A DNA stretch of 64,000 bases from Patellaria atrata CBS 101060 (taxonomy: Eukaryota). Numbering within the stretch: position 1 is the first letter of the stretch; every line of letters starts with the position of its first letter. Below the pieces are notes generated by a model. It searched no databases. It was not told the origin of the DNA and saw only the letters and a program-made list of their open reading frames with translations. Shown here one piece after another: positions 62,441 through 64,000 of the stretch. The position numbers and the translations under genes are program-made. Location of the stretch: NCBI GenBank assembly GCA_010093705.1, contig MU006105.1:287960-351959 (forward strand), in the 5' to 3' direction.

Positions 62441-64000
62441 ACGTGCTTCACCAGTCAGTGGGACACACCAGTCAGTGGGACATCCCACCAAAACCACCCC
62501 ACGTCTTCAACAAAATCAACAATGCCACTAACACAGAACCTTCAGAAGCCCCGGCAAGAAGGTAGGTTACTTATTACTACTAAGTCGCTTCAAGAAAACA
62601 GAATTTCAAGTGTCCGGAAGGCCGCCGGATTGTACGATGTTCCAAAGTCTACTCTCCATCGTCGCGTACATGGCATAACACCTTAGAGCGTGTCTAATTC
62701 GCAAAAACGAAAGCTACAGCTATCTGAGCAGCAGGCACTCGTAGAATGGGTCCTAGATCTCGACCGACGCGGATTTCCGCCCCATATCATCGAAGTACGA
62801 CGAATGGCAGACTATTTACTCGCGGCACGCGGCCAGAATCCTCCTCCCACACCCGCTGGTAAGAACTGGGTATGCCGCTTTATCAACAACCAGCCAGACC
62901 TACAGACAAAATGGAATAGGAAGTTTCATTCTCAAGGCGCGAAATGCGAAGATCGAGACATATTTCGCGAGTGGTATGGGCGTGTAAACGAGACGCGCCA
63001 GAAGTATGGCATCTTAGACGAAGATAGCTACAACTTTGACGAGACTGGATTTATGATGGGTGTATCTGCGACATCAAAAGTCGTTACAAGCTCTGATACT
63101 ATAGGCCAAGCAATTCTCATACAACCGGGCAATCGCGAATGGTCAACGGTGATTGAATGTATTAATGCCACCGGGTGGGCAATCCCGCCCTTCGTTATCC
63201 TTCCAGGAAAGCTCCACCAGTCAAGCTGGTATCAGGGTCTACCCGGTGACTGGATGCTCGCTGTTAGCGATAATGGCTGGACAACAAATAAACTAGGATT
63301 CGAATGGATTAAGCACTTTGACAACTGTATAAAGTCTTATACAAAGGGGGTCTACCGTCTACTTATACTTGACGGTCATGGTAGCCACGCAACGCCTGAA
63401 TTTGACCAATACTGTATGGAAAATTAAGATTATTACCCTCTGCATGCCGTCGCATACGTCACATCGTCTTCAGCCGCTTGACGTAAGCTGCTACTCTCCT
63501 CCAAAGGTTGCGTACGGTCACCAGGTTCAAGAGCTCGCCCGTCATGGAATCCACCATATTGATAAAGAAGACTTCCTAGCAATATATACTAAGGTACGGC
63601 TATCTGTCTTTACAGATCAGAATATTAGAAGCGGATTTCTTGCTACGGGCCTAGTGCCATACGACCCTGAGCACGTCATATCGTCACTTCTAATCACGAA
63701 GACTTTGACTCCACCAGGCACGGCTAATAGGGAAGCACCTCAATGGACTTCAGAAACACCACATACTACTGCCCAGCTAGAGCAGCAGGCAAAGCTTATA
63801 CGGGACATCCTTCGGCATCAGTCACAGTGCCCTACTAGCCGAGCAATCAATCAACTTGTTAAAGGATGCCAGATGGCGATGCATTCCGCTACCATACTTG
63901 CAAAGCAGAATATAGAGCTTCGTACAGAAAATTAACGTCGAAAACGGAAACAGCAGCACCGCCGAAGGTATATCGCGCATGGAGGGGCTCTACAGGCTCA
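62441..64000 (+). mobile_element. Fot1/Pot2-like (pogo, Tc1/mariner superfamily) DNA transposon, left part; runs off the window
   Basis: TA (62439-62440) followed by an ACGT-starting terminus with a 17-bp direct repeat CACCAGTCAGTGGGACA x2 (62449-62482); transposase gene downstream. Confidence 0.92.
62522..64000 (+). pseudogene. Disrupted pogo/Fot1 DDE transposase
   Basis: HTH_psq-like RKAAGLYDVPKSTLHRR, CENP-B-type HTH LVEWVLDLDRRGFPP, catalytic motifs NFDETGF, LILDGHGSH, LQPLDV; in-frame TAG 62684-62686, frameshift at ~63424, TAA 63933-63935. Confidence 0.9.

Noticed and set aside
62449..62482. 17-bp direct repeat resembling a mini CRISPR or iteron
   Set aside because: Two abutting copies with no spacer, in a eukaryotic context; explained as internal repeats of the Fot1 terminus.

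Overview
Eukaryotic genomic DNA from a filamentous ascomycete (Pezizomycotina-like: short GT-AG introns with CTAAC/CTGAC branch points, RIP-like relics). Recognisable content: a ~3,060-aa DUF6606/DUF3638/DUF3645-type P-loop protein, an RNF216-like RBR E3 ligase, a non-canonical triosephosphate-isomerase-like gene divergent from MTHFR (MET13-type), a C2H2 zinc-finger gene, a HeLo-domain protein, HDDC2-like HD nucleotidase, HAUS6/augmin subunit, a tandem GFA/Mss4-like protein, HIS2, tRNA-Arg(CCT), RRP8 and the left part of a disabled Fot1/pogo transposon. Manual splicing revealed genes the ORF track misses: a 5-exon stand-alone dsRNA-binding-domain microprotein whose third intron folds over its own branch point, a 6-exon FKBP12-family gene with an eroded drug-binding pocket, and a 67-aa membrane microprotein. 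Also present are two pseudogenes (a GPR1/FUN34/YaaH acetate transporter with G->A-biased decay, and DUF6604), a predicted GC-AG intron in HIS2 competing with an out-of-frame GT donor, a uORF/multi-donor 5'-leader intron on MTHFR, a structured GC-skewed non-coding island and a possible hAT-like terminus. All family assignments come from motif recognition by eye; no searches were run, and I cannot show that any finding is undescribed.
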